This document shows, in pieces, positions 56,301 to 63,708 of a stretch of DNA of 64,000 bases. Location of the stretch: positions 28,450 to 92,449 of the forward strand of contig JAJTGP010000059.1 of the NCBI GenBank assembly GCA_021299265.1, in the 5' to 3' direction. This stretch comes from Hyphomonadaceae bacterium. Lineage in GTDB: Bacteria; Pseudomonadota; Alphaproteobacteria; Caulobacterales; Aquidulcibacteraceae. Every line of letters starts with the position of its first letter. Positions within the stretch are counted from its first letter, which is position 1. A program made the position numbers and the translations under genes. A model generated the notes under the pieces. The model saw only the letters and a program-made list of their open reading frames with translations, searched no databases and was not told the DNA's origin.

Positions 56301-56439
56301 TGATCGCATCGGAGAGCGCAAATGGCGTCTCATCCCGGGAAAGGGCTTCCACCAAAGTGCGCGCAAGCACGTCCAGAAAAGAGACGGCCGGGGGGATGGT
56401 GAAAACCCGTGGTGTCGGCGTCTCAAATAAGTCGCGCAT
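53386..56439 (-). CDS. addB: Double-strand break repair protein AddB (alphaproteobacterial type)
   Basis: 1017 aa, immediately upstream of and coupled to addA. C-terminal PD-(D/E)XK motif RADRVD...ILDFKSGK. Confidence 0.88.
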   Translation of the reverse strand: MRDLFETPTPRVFTIPPAVSFLDVLARTLVEALSRDETPFALSDAIIVLPTRRAARGLAQAFLNCSPQTATLLPRIHTLGDLNPEDAGLGEFGDDLDQAPAIDPLARRLILARLIQARGVQSDWSSDPVSALLAADALADLLDSAAMMASGAESFDWSKLTTMVREHELAKHWEQSTTFLTIVTEAWPAYLASVNKVDPGVQQRRNIEAMVDKWRAVPPQQTIVLAGSTGSMPVTRKLMHLIACLPQGMVVLPGLDTHISGEAWMAARHDDQHPQRALSEAIEAIGIERHDVHVLPGVVEPVALAQRRLVINEALTPQASTADWPSRIEDLGPANIIAGLEGLTLIEAASEEEEASLIAHELRETLETADQTVALVTPSAEIARRVAAKMQRWDIQVDVSSGRPISDTSIGSFLRHVMQWSQDPSDPVLLCALLGHPLTSIGLAREHVAACAAAIELGILRGPRKARTLPQLIEQLEALMPAFWRTMKVNGQPVEKHHGIALLQKLDQLLSETGPLSGSLPDCAQTTATLAEALAATEAQKGAEIVWRGEAGESAARFFASLMEHGLLFPPIQPQAIGRTLDHLMADLVVRPRGTHPRISILGPLEARLLQFNKVVLAGLDEGVWPQPAAPDPFLSRPMRQHLGLPSPDTRIGLSAHDFAQFAAAPYVLLTRSARRKDAPAVPSRWLWRLKTLAAGALGEKTAATVLTDGSHWQSLLRAHAPNRVFEPTKAIPAPKPPVHARPRSFHATQIETWIRDPYRTYVEKVLNLRALDPLGGPISAGVRGSAIHKGFEVIADWYDRPPHDAANALHQAFDTALREAGYDETSLAVELARLEPTIAFAVEVEMPRLLAGWRPIVEKKGSLTLDTPEGDLTIMARADRVDIGPDGTEILDFKSGKPPSSTEVYAMFGIQLPVIALIAGNGGFDGLAASMPSDLRHIHVGGRSPKVEPAVHSKTSVPELVERAENTLRKLSALYHNPDRAYLPKPRVSLLKKVTYDDPVDRLSRRAEWANAEDSE

Positions 56440-56482
56440 AAAGGTCAGTCCATCCTGAAATTGGTTTTCTGATAACTCTCGT

Positions 56483-57385
56483 CTAATTCGCCCCTACGAC
56501 ATCTTTGGACGCAGCCCGAAGTTCTTGGATCGAAGCCTTTAATGTTTGTTGAAAAGCTTTTCGCCAAACGGGCAGGGATTGGGCTTCTGCCGCCGCTTTG
56601 TTGTAAAGGATGGCGCGAGAAGAGGAGACGACGCCCCCTTCATGACCGTTTGGGCCGGGCACCAGCCCCGCGAGCGCGTCCTTGGCTGCCCCGCCTTGCG
56701 CGCCATAACCTGGCACGAGGAAGAGAGTGCCCGGAAGAATTGTCCGCAATCTTACGGCTTCAGAAGGCCAAGTTGCGCCGCATACGACCATCAGGGATGA
56801 GAAGCCCGATTGGCCCATCAGCTCATCTTGAAGGCCGACCAATTGTTCGCCGACCCGGACCCAGAGGGGGGCGCCAGAACAGTCAATATCCTGAAAGTCT
56901 TTCGCGCCAGGGTTCGAAGTGCGCACGAGGACGGCGATGCCTTTGTTGTTTGCTTTAGCGGCGTCGGCAAAAGGTTGGAGCGAATCAAGGCCGAGATAGG
57001 GATTAACCGTCAAACAATCACATGGCGTCGGTGCTTTGGCACCCAAAAAGGCCCGAGCATAGCCTTCCGCCGTTGACCCAATATCGCCACGCTTGGCATC
57101 CATCAACACCAGAAGGCCTTGATCGTGGGCGAAGCGGGCGAGCTTGGCCGTCAACGCGACACCGTCAGCGCCCCAAGGTTCAAACAAGCCAATCTGGGGC
57201 TTCACAATCGGGACTTGGCCAGAGACTTCCTCGATCACAGCGCTGAAGAAACGCTCTAGCGTTTCGAGCCTGCCCTTTGGGCCAAAAATGGCTGGGATTA
57301 GGTCCGGGAATGGATCAAAGCCAACGCACAAAGGCGTTGCACGCGAGCGGGTTTGTTCGGTTAGGCGGTCGCCGAAAGTGGTCAT
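56483..57385 (-). CDS. pyrF: Orotidine 5'-phosphate decarboxylase, type 2
   Basis: LCVGFDP, VKPQIGLFE, DAKRGDIGST and VRTSNPG motifs. Confidence 0.85.
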   Translation of the reverse strand: MTTFGDRLTEQTRSRATPLCVGFDPFPDLIPAIFGPKGRLETLERFFSAVIEEVSGQVPIVKPQIGLFEPWGADGVALTAKLARFAHDQGLLVLMDAKRGDIGSTAEGYARAFLGAKAPTPCDCLTVNPYLGLDSLQPFADAAKANNKGIAVLVRTSNPGAKDFQDIDCSGAPLWVRVGEQLVGLQDELMGQSGFSSLMVVCGATWPSEAVRLRTILPGTLFLVPGYGAQGGAAKDALAGLVPGPNGHEGGVVSSSRAILYNKAAAEAQSLPVWRKAFQQTLKASIQELRAASKDVVGAN

Positions 57386-57435
57386 GATTTGTGTTTAGGC
57401 GATCTAAACTGCTTTGCCCAGCGGGCAGGGAGGCC

Positions 57436-57957
57436 TTATAAAAGTTTTTGCGGCAGGGCTCCTTCATGCCGCAAGAGCCAGTGTTTCCGCTCCATGCCGC
57501 CGCCATAACCGGTCAGCGTTCCATTCGCTCCGATGACGCGATGACACGGCACAATCAGGGCGATGGGGTTGGCCCCATTGGCAAGACCTACGGCGCGCAT
57601 GCCTTTGGGATTGCCAATTTGAACGGCGAGCTGGCCATAGCTTAAGGTTTTGCCTGCCGGAATGGTCTGCAGGGCTTGCCAGACAGTCTGCTGGAAGGCG
57701 GTGCCACCAAAGGCGACGGGCAAAGCTTCAAGCGCACGAATGTCACCAGAGAAGTATGCAGCAATGGCCCCATGATAGGCCGCCGGTGGCGCTTCCTCTG
57801 AAATTGAGAAAGTCGTTTTGGGATAATGGCGCAGAAGCAGCCGGTCCATCCGAGACTGATGGTCGACCCACTCAAACAGGCGGACCTGTCTTTCGTCGTC
57901 CAACAGCAACATCATCGGGCCGGTTGGGGTTTCAATATGGCTAAGGGCTAGCTTCAT
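57436..57957 (-). CDS. ogt: Methylated-DNA--protein-cysteine methyltransferase
   Basis: Active site IVPCHRVIG plus TFQQTVWQALQTIPAGKTLSYGQLA. Confidence 0.9.
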   Translation of the reverse strand: MKLALSHIETPTGPMMLLLDDERQVRLFEWVDHQSRMDRLLLRHYPKTTFSISEEAPPAAYHGAIAAYFSGDIRALEALPVAFGGTAFQQTVWQALQTIPAGKTLSYGQLAVQIGNPKGMRAVGLANGANPIALIVPCHRVIGANGTLTGYGGGMERKHWLLRHEGALPQKLL

Positions 57958-58117
57958 GCAGGTGGTCCTATGATAGATGCAATTCTATCAACAGGGTCTG
58001 AGGTATTTGTATCGATCTGGCTAGCGGTTTTCGGACCTGTTCCTAGGCAACGGATACGGGCTTTGTTGATGTCCGAATTCCGCTAGACCTTAGGCGTGCC
58101 TACTGGCATGAGGCGTC

Positions 58118-59578
58118 ATGAACTTTGACCAAGATGCCTGCTATGCCATCATTTCCGCCCGCGATAGCCGCTATGATGGACGCTTTTTTACGGCTGTGAA
58201 AACGACAGGGATTTATTGTCGCCCGGTGTGTCCGGCGCGCCTGCCGAAGCGCGAGAATGTGGTGTTTTATGTCTCGGCCGCCGTGGCCCAAGAAGCAGGT
58301 TTTCGGCCCTGTCTGCGGTGTCGTCCTGAGACTGCGCCCGATACGCCGGCTTGGCGCGGCACGTCCAGTTCAGTTGGGCGGGCTTTGCGTCTGATCGAGG
58401 AAGGGGCGTTGGATCGTGGCAGTGTCGAGCAGATGGCCGCCCGTCTCGGCTTAGGTGATCGACAGCTACGGCGGCTATTTCTGAAACATGTTGGTGCAAG
58501 CCCGGTCAGCGTGGCGCTGACGCGTCGACTGCTTTTGGCAAAGCAATTGTTGCACGAAACCGATTTGAACATCACCCAAGTCGCGCTGGCTTCGGGCTTT
58601 GGCTCAATCCGCCGGTTCAATGAGGCGTTTCAGGAGGTCTTTAAAGTCCCGCCGTCGTTCTTGCGGCGTGAGATTGGCATCGAGGGGCCCGTCGTTCCAA
58701 CAGCGGATATTCAACTAAAACTACGCTATCGCCCACCTTATGATTGGGCCGCCATGGCCGACTTTATGAAAGCACGGCTCTATCCGGGCGTGGAGACGTT
58801 TGACGGTGGCGTCTATCGTCGGAGCCTAGTAATCGAGGGTCAGATTGGTTTGGTAGCTGTGTCGCAAGGCAAGGGAAATTGGTTGGATGTGCGGGTGAAG
58901 CTGCAAAACTTGACTCTATTGCCCAAAGTGATTGCGCGCGTTCGAGAGGCTTTTGATTTGGCGGCAGATCCCGAGGTGATTGGTGCGCATTTGGCCCAAG
59001 ATGAGGCTTTGCAAGATTTGGTGCGGCTTAGGCCCGGGTTGCGGGTTCCTGGAGCGTTTGAGCCTTTTGAAATCGGAGTTCGGGCAATCCTTGGTCAACA
59101 GATTACCGTGACCGCTGCGATTAAACTTGGGGCGACTTTGGTGTCGTATCTTGGTGAGGCCTTGCCCAGCGAGTGGGTGCAACAGGCCGGTGCGTCCCGC
59201 TTATTCCCGTCGGCTGAGGCGATTTTGGCTTCGTCATTGGATTTTCTAGGGATGCCACAAGCGCGTGTCCGTTGTCTCAAGGCCTATTGCGCGGCTTTCT
59301 TGGCACAGCCGGACTTTTTCGGCGGAGACACGCCCGAGGTTGTGTCCCGGTTGCGAGCTATTTCCGGCATTGGCCCGTGGACGGCTAGCTATATTGCTTT
59401 GCGGGCGCTTCGTGACCCCGATGCGTTTCCGGCTGAGGATGTGGCCTTGGCGCGCGGGTTGATGCAGGCAGATGGCGGGCGGCCTAATCGGGAAGCCTTA
59501 GAGCAAAGGTCACAGGCATGGCGGCCATGGCGCGCTTATGCCGCCCAGCACATTTGGACCGAATTGGCTTCAGGGTGA
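58118..59578 (+). CDS. Ada-type regulator (Zn-Cys4 methylphosphotriester sensor plus AraC HTH) fused to AlkA DNA-3-methyladenine glycosylase II
   Basis: CRPVCPAR...PCLRCRP Cys4 motif, AraC HTH (LLHETDLNITQVALASGFGSIRRFNEAF), then an AlkA N-domain and HhH-GPD region (ISGIGPWTASYIALRAL). Confidence 0.88.
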   Translation: MNFDQDACYAIISARDSRYDGRFFTAVKTTGIYCRPVCPARLPKRENVVFYVSAAVAQEAGFRPCLRCRPETAPDTPAWRGTSSSVGRALRLIEEGALDRGSVEQMAARLGLGDRQLRRLFLKHVGASPVSVALTRRLLLAKQLLHETDLNITQVALASGFGSIRRFNEAFQEVFKVPPSFLRREIGIEGPVVPTADIQLKLRYRPPYDWAAMADFMKARLYPGVETFDGGVYRRSLVIEGQIGLVAVSQGKGNWLDVRVKLQNLTLLPKVIARVREAFDLAADPEVIGAHLAQDEALQDLVRLRPGLRVPGAFEPFEIGVRAILGQQITVTAAIKLGATLVSYLGEALPSEWVQQAGASRLFPSAEAILASSLDFLGMPQARVRCLKAYCAAFLAQPDFFGGDTPEVVSRLRAISGIGPWTASYIALRALRDPDAFPAEDVALARGLMQADGGRPNREALEQRSQAWRPWRAYAAQHIWTELASG

Positions 59579-59586
59579 ATTTTGGC

Positions 59587-59946
59587 TTAGGCCGCCATAA
59601 CCTTTTCCACTTCCGCGACCAGTTCCCGCAGGTGGAAGGGTTTGGATAGGACCTTTGCCTTGGACGGCGCTTGGTTGGCAGGATTAAGAGCGACAGCTGC
59701 AAAGCCAGTGATAAAGACAATCTTCATGGCTGGATCGACCTCGGCAGCACGCCGCGCCAATTCGACTCCATCGACGCCTGGCATCACGATATCGGTTAGA
59801 AGCAAGTCGAAGCCCATGGCATTCAGAGCCTCAAGCGCCTGATCGCCGTCTGGGAAGTCCGCAACAATATGGCCTGCTTTGTTAAGCGCAGCAGCAAGGA
59901 ACGTCCGCAGGGAATCGTCGTCTTCTGCCAAGAGAATTCTCGCCAT
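59587..59946 (-). CDS. cpdR: Single-domain response regulator, CpdR-like
   Basis: MARILLAEDDDSLR, LLLTDIVMPGVDG, FITGFAAVAL and SKPFHL. Receiver only, roughly 120 aa. It neighbours a formylglutamate-amidohydrolase-family gene, an arrangement I recall for cpdR in Caulobacter (unverified). Confidence 0.7.
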   Translation of the reverse strand: MARILLAEDDDSLRTFLAAALNKAGHIVADFPDGDQALEALNAMGFDLLLTDIVMPGVDGVELARRAAEVDPAMKIVFITGFAAVALNPANQAPSKAKVLSKPFHLRELVAEVEKVMAA

Positions 59947-60122
59947 TGTGGCCATGCTCCGTTAGTTGTGGGCCTATATGTGCCCCAATATGGTGAAGGC
60001 GAGGTTGACAAGTCTTGTTCAGCAGCAATTTTTGCACAGGTTACTGTATGAAAATGTAGTGAGGGCAGGCGGCGCTTTGGTGCTTGCTTTCGTTTCCGGT
60101 GAGGCAGCGTTAAAGGATTGAT

Positions 60123-61031
60123 ATGCGGGAATGGGGCACTGCGACAGGCTATCAACGAGATGAGGTGGGGGGTGGCCCCGCATCACGGCCGCCTGCTTAT
60201 CGGCTGTTGCGACCGTTAAGTGATAAGGCGGGCGTTATTGTCTGTTGTCCGCACTCTGGACGTTTTTATCCTGATGACCTCCTGCGCGGATCAAAGCTTG
60301 ATCGGCTAGCCTTGCGGCGCTCTGAAGATGCCTTTGTGGATGAGTTGTTCGCTGCTAGCCCAGAGCTTGGCGCGTCTTTGCTGCTGACAGATTTTGCCCG
60401 CGCTTATGTCGATCTTAACCGTGGGCCGGAAGAGTTTGATCCCGAGTTGATTGATGGCTTGCCGCAAGGCGACAGGCGGGTCCCTTCGCCTCGTGTTTTG
60501 GCAGGATTAGGCGTTATTCCGCGAACTGTTGGTGATGGTGTCGACATTTACACCGGCCGTTTGGCATTTGCTGAGGTGCAAGCTCGCTTAGATGAAGTTT
60601 ATGCACCTTGGCATGGCGTGATTGAGGATTTGATTGACGGGGCAAAGCAGACGGTTGGCCACGCTGTTGTTTTGGATTGCCATTCAATGCCTGCTTCCGC
60701 GTCTGGTTCACCCGAAAATGATATCGTTTTGGGTGATCGCTTTGGCGCGTCCTGTGCGCCTGTCTATATGGCAGAGGCTTTTACCTACCTTCGGTCCAAG
60801 GGCCTCCGAGTGGCGCGCAACAACCCCTATGCGGGTGGCTATGCGACGGAGCGCTATGGGAAGCCGGGCCAAAATCAGCATAGCTTGCAGATTGAGATCA
60901 ACCGCTCTCTTTACATGGTTGAAGGGGCGATGAGTAAGCGCATCGCGTTTTCTCAGGTGGCGGAGTTGCTCGCTGGGCTGGTTATGCGTCTCGTTGCGGT
61001 GGCAGAGGAGAAGGCCACAGTGTTGGGCTGA
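60123..61031 (+). CDS. N-formylglutamate amidohydrolase family protein
   Basis: CPHSGRFYP, RRSEDAFVDEL, YVDLNR and LDCHSM motifs. Confidence 0.8.
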   Translation: MREWGTATGYQRDEVGGGPASRPPAYRLLRPLSDKAGVIVCCPHSGRFYPDDLLRGSKLDRLALRRSEDAFVDELFAASPELGASLLLTDFARAYVDLNRGPEEFDPELIDGLPQGDRRVPSPRVLAGLGVIPRTVGDGVDIYTGRLAFAEVQARLDEVYAPWHGVIEDLIDGAKQTVGHAVVLDCHSMPASASGSPENDIVLGDRFGASCAPVYMAEAFTYLRSKGLRVARNNPYAGGYATERYGKPGQNQHSLQIEINRSLYMVEGAMSKRIAFSQVAELLAGLVMRLVAVAEEKATVLG

Positions 61032-61050
61032 TTAAGCCCATGCTCAAGCC

Positions 61051-61092
61051 AAAAAAAGGGCCGGGCACGAAGCCCGGCCTTATAGGTGTTTG
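61051..61092. terminator. Intrinsic terminator hairpin, canonical in the minus direction and weaker in the plus direction
   Basis: Stem GGCCGGGC (61059-61066) / GCCCGGCC (61072-61079). The minus strand reads hairpin + C + TTTTTTT. The plus strand reads hairpin + TTATAGGTGTTT. Confidence 0.65.
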
Positions 61093-61398
61093 GGAGGAAA
61101 CGCCCAAAAAGGGCAGGGACGCCACAGCATCCATGGGCTTGTTTATCTCGCATCTGCGAAATTCTCAAGGTTTTTTGCACTGATAAATTTGTGATCGGAT
61201 TGATTTTGGGAGAATTTGATCTGTAAATTATTGATAAATAATGACTTTATATATATTGCACTGCAGCATTGCAAAATTGAGTAGCTTTGCAAATGGACCC
61301 TTTTGGGGGCGTTTTGGCTTGATTAAGCGCTCCGATATCCCTTATGTGGCCCAATACAAGGCCAAGTTGCCGGTTTTTTGCCTTTTGAAGGGTTATCA

Positions 61399-62118
61399 AT
61401 GTCGTTTTTAGCGCTGGTTCGCCACGGACAATCACAATGGAATCTAGAAAATCGGTTCACTGGGTGGATGGACGTGAATTTAACTTCCGAAGGTGAGGCG
61501 CAAGCGCGCAAGGCAGGTCAGCTTTTGAAGTCATCCGGTATCGGCTTCTCGCGCGCCTTTACATCGCTTCAGACCCGCGCAATCCGGACCCTGTGGTTGG
61601 CGCTGGAAGAAATGGATTGTTGCTGGTTGCCTGAAGAGAAGAGCTGGTGTTTGAACGAGCGTCACTATGGCGCGCTCACTGGCCTCGATAAGGCGGAGAC
61701 GGTTGCGAAACATGGCGAAGAGCAAGTGCGGATCTGGCGGCGCTCTTACGATGTGCCGCCGCCACCGCAATCAAAGTCTGATCCGTTCCACCCGTCGCAT
61801 GATTTGCGCTATAGCCACGTACCCGCAGGCGCTTTGCCAGACGGCGAGAGCCTCGCCATGACTTTGGCTCGGGTGTTGCCTTATTGGTCGGCCAGTGTCG
61901 CTCCGCATTTGGTAGAGGAAAACCTCGTCGTTTCCGCGCACGGCAATTCGCTCCGCGCCATTATCAAGCATCTATTCGGGCTTGACGAGGGTCAGATCAT
62001 GGAAGTGGAAGTTCCCACTGGCAATCCTTTGCTCATCGAGTTGGATGCGGCTTTGAAGCCTGTTTCGGCCAAGTATCTGGACGCAAGCCGCGCGCAGCCT
62101 TTACCGGCACTTAGCTAA
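61399..62118 (+). CDS. gpmA: 2,3-bisphosphoglycerate-dependent phosphoglycerate mutase
   Basis: LALVRHGQSQWNLENRFTGW, ERHYGAL and SAHGNSLRA motifs. ATG at 61399 preferred over TTG at 61378. Confidence 0.93.
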   Translation: MSFLALVRHGQSQWNLENRFTGWMDVNLTSEGEAQARKAGQLLKSSGIGFSRAFTSLQTRAIRTLWLALEEMDCCWLPEEKSWCLNERHYGALTGLDKAETVAKHGEEQVRIWRRSYDVPPPPQSKSDPFHPSHDLRYSHVPAGALPDGESLAMTLARVLPYWSASVAPHLVEENLVVSAHGNSLRAIIKHLFGLDEGQIMEVEVPTGNPLLIELDAALKPVSAKYLDASRAQPLPALS

Positions 62119-62122
62119 GGGC

Positions 62123-62776
62123 ATGCAAGAGCCGGTGGTAGAGTGGTCGCTGGCTGACACAGCTTTTATGTCTCGGGCGCTAGAACTTGCGCGCTCTGGG
62201 CTGGGTGAAACTCAGCCCAATCCCAGTGTGGGCTGTGTCTTGGTGCGCGACGATCTGATGATTGGTGAAGGGCGAACCCAAAGAGGCGGTAGGCCGCATG
62301 GAGAAGCGATGGCCTTAGCCATGGCTGGCCCCAATGCTGCTGGCTCTCATGCCTATGTGACGCTGGAGCCATGTGCGCATGAAAGCGCGCGCGGTCCGGC
62401 TTGTAGCACGAGTTTGGTTTCGGCGGGGGTTAGCCGCGTGACCATTTCAGTATTGGACCCGGACCCTCGAACACGTGGGATTGGCATGGCGCTATTGGTG
62501 GCCGCTGGTATTGGCGTGCGCTTAGGTCTGCTCGCAGGGGAAGGCCAGAATCAAATTGCGGGCTTTGAGAAGCGTCTGCGCACTGGCCTGCCGTGGGTCC
62601 ATGTCGGTCAAGATGATGGTACGTTTGATCGGGTGTTGGACGCGATGCCGCAGATGGACCTTGCTGCCTATTTGGCAGAACTGGGCACAAAAGGCGCGAT
62701 GCGTCTGTGTTTACTAGCCGGATCGCCCGTCGCAGCGAAAGCCGTAGCGCTAAACCTCGTCGATTCTGCCGATTAA
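62123..62776 (+). CDS. RibD-like cytidine/deoxycytidylate-type deaminase with a truncated C-terminal (reductase) region
   Basis: NPSVGCVLV, PHGEAMAL and TLEPCAHESARGPAC zinc-deaminase motifs. Only about 70 aa follow the deaminase domain, where a full RibD reductase domain would be much larger. Confidence 0.7.
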   Translation: MQEPVVEWSLADTAFMSRALELARSGLGETQPNPSVGCVLVRDDLMIGEGRTQRGGRPHGEAMALAMAGPNAAGSHAYVTLEPCAHESARGPACSTSLVSAGVSRVTISVLDPDPRTRGIGMALLVAAGIGVRLGLLAGEGQNQIAGFEKRLRTGLPWVHVGQDDGTFDRVLDAMPQMDLAAYLAELGTKGAMRLCLLAGSPVAAKAVALNLVDSAD

Positions 62777-62778
62777 TT

Positions 62779-63708
62779 TTAGCGCGCAATGGCGGTAAGT
62801 TTACGGCACAAGTCGTCTAATTGTTCCAGACTGCGATAGTGTATCGTTAAAGCGCCACCTTTATTGCCCTTGTGCGCAAGGCTGACATCTAAGCCCAAAG
62901 CGGCGGACAGGTCGTGTGCTAGGGCTTTGGAATCGGCGTCGCCCTGATCGTCTCGGATGCTGCTCGTGCCGCCTCGTGTGCTTTCGCTTTTGGCGCCGAG
63001 CTTTTCAGCGTCGCGAACACTTAAGCCCCGATCAATGATGGCGCGCGCGGCGGCTAGTGGGTCTGGCGCGCCGATGATGGCGCGTGCGTGACCAGCGCTG
63101 AGTTCGCCTGAGCGGACAAGATCCTTTACGGATTCGGGCAAGGACAGAAGCCGCATCATATTGGCGATATGCGCCCGGCTTTTCCCGACGGTGTCTGCAA
63201 TGGCTTGTTGGGTGCGGCCAAAGCGCTCTGCCAATTGTTGGAAGGCGAGGGCTTCTTCAATCGGGTTCAAATCCGCGCGCTGCACGTTTTCAACAATGGA
63301 GACTTCCAGGGTCGCTAGATCATCAAATGTGCGCACTAGCGCTGGGACGACATGTAAGCCCGCCAATTGCGCAGCGCGCCAGCGGCGTTCACCGGCGACA
63401 ATCTCGTAGCGCCCTGAACCATCATCCAATTGGCGCAGCAGCAAGGGTTGCAGAATGCCGTGTTGGCGGATCGAATCAGCCAGCGTTTGTAGGTCATGCT
63501 CGTCAAATTGACGGCGGGGTTGTTGCGGGTTGCGGATGATGAGGTCGAGGCCAATTTCACGCGTACCGCCGTCTGCCCCGCGCTCTTCCGTTGGGCGTTG
63601 GGTTTCGGTGTCGCCCAAAAGGGCAGACAGGCCACGGCCGAGACCACGAGCGGGGCGGTTGTCCGTCTTGCTGGCAGCTTTGGGGGCTAATTCGGCTTCG
63701 TCGCTCAT
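62779..63708 (-). CDS. parB: Chromosome partitioning protein ParB
   Basis: GLGRGLSALLG, the IVAGERRWRAAQLAGL box, and HTH QQAIADTVGKSRAHIANMMRLL. Confidence 0.93.
   Translation of the reverse strand: MSDEAELAPKAASKTDNRPARGLGRGLSALLGDTETQRPTEERGADGGTREIGLDLIIRNPQQPRRQFDEHDLQTLADSIRQHGILQPLLLRQLDDGSGRYEIVAGERRWRAAQLAGLHVVPALVRTFDDLATLEVSIVENVQRADLNPIEEALAFQQLAERFGRTQQAIADTVGKSRAHIANMMRLLSLPESVKDLVRSGELSAGHARAIIGAPDPLAAARAIIDRGLSVRDAEKLGAKSESTRGGTSSIRDDQGDADSKALAHDLSAALGLDVSLAHKGNKGGALTIHYRSLEQLDDLCRKLTAIAR

Noticed and set aside
60953-61180. 75-aa minus-strand ORF, and a 56-aa plus-strand ORF at 61241-61411, in the gap upstream of gpmA
   Set aside because: The minus ORF reads straight through the terminator hairpin and overlaps the 3' end of the convergent gene. 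The plus ORF lacks a Shine-Dalgarno and overlaps the gpmA start. Neither has a recognisable motif.
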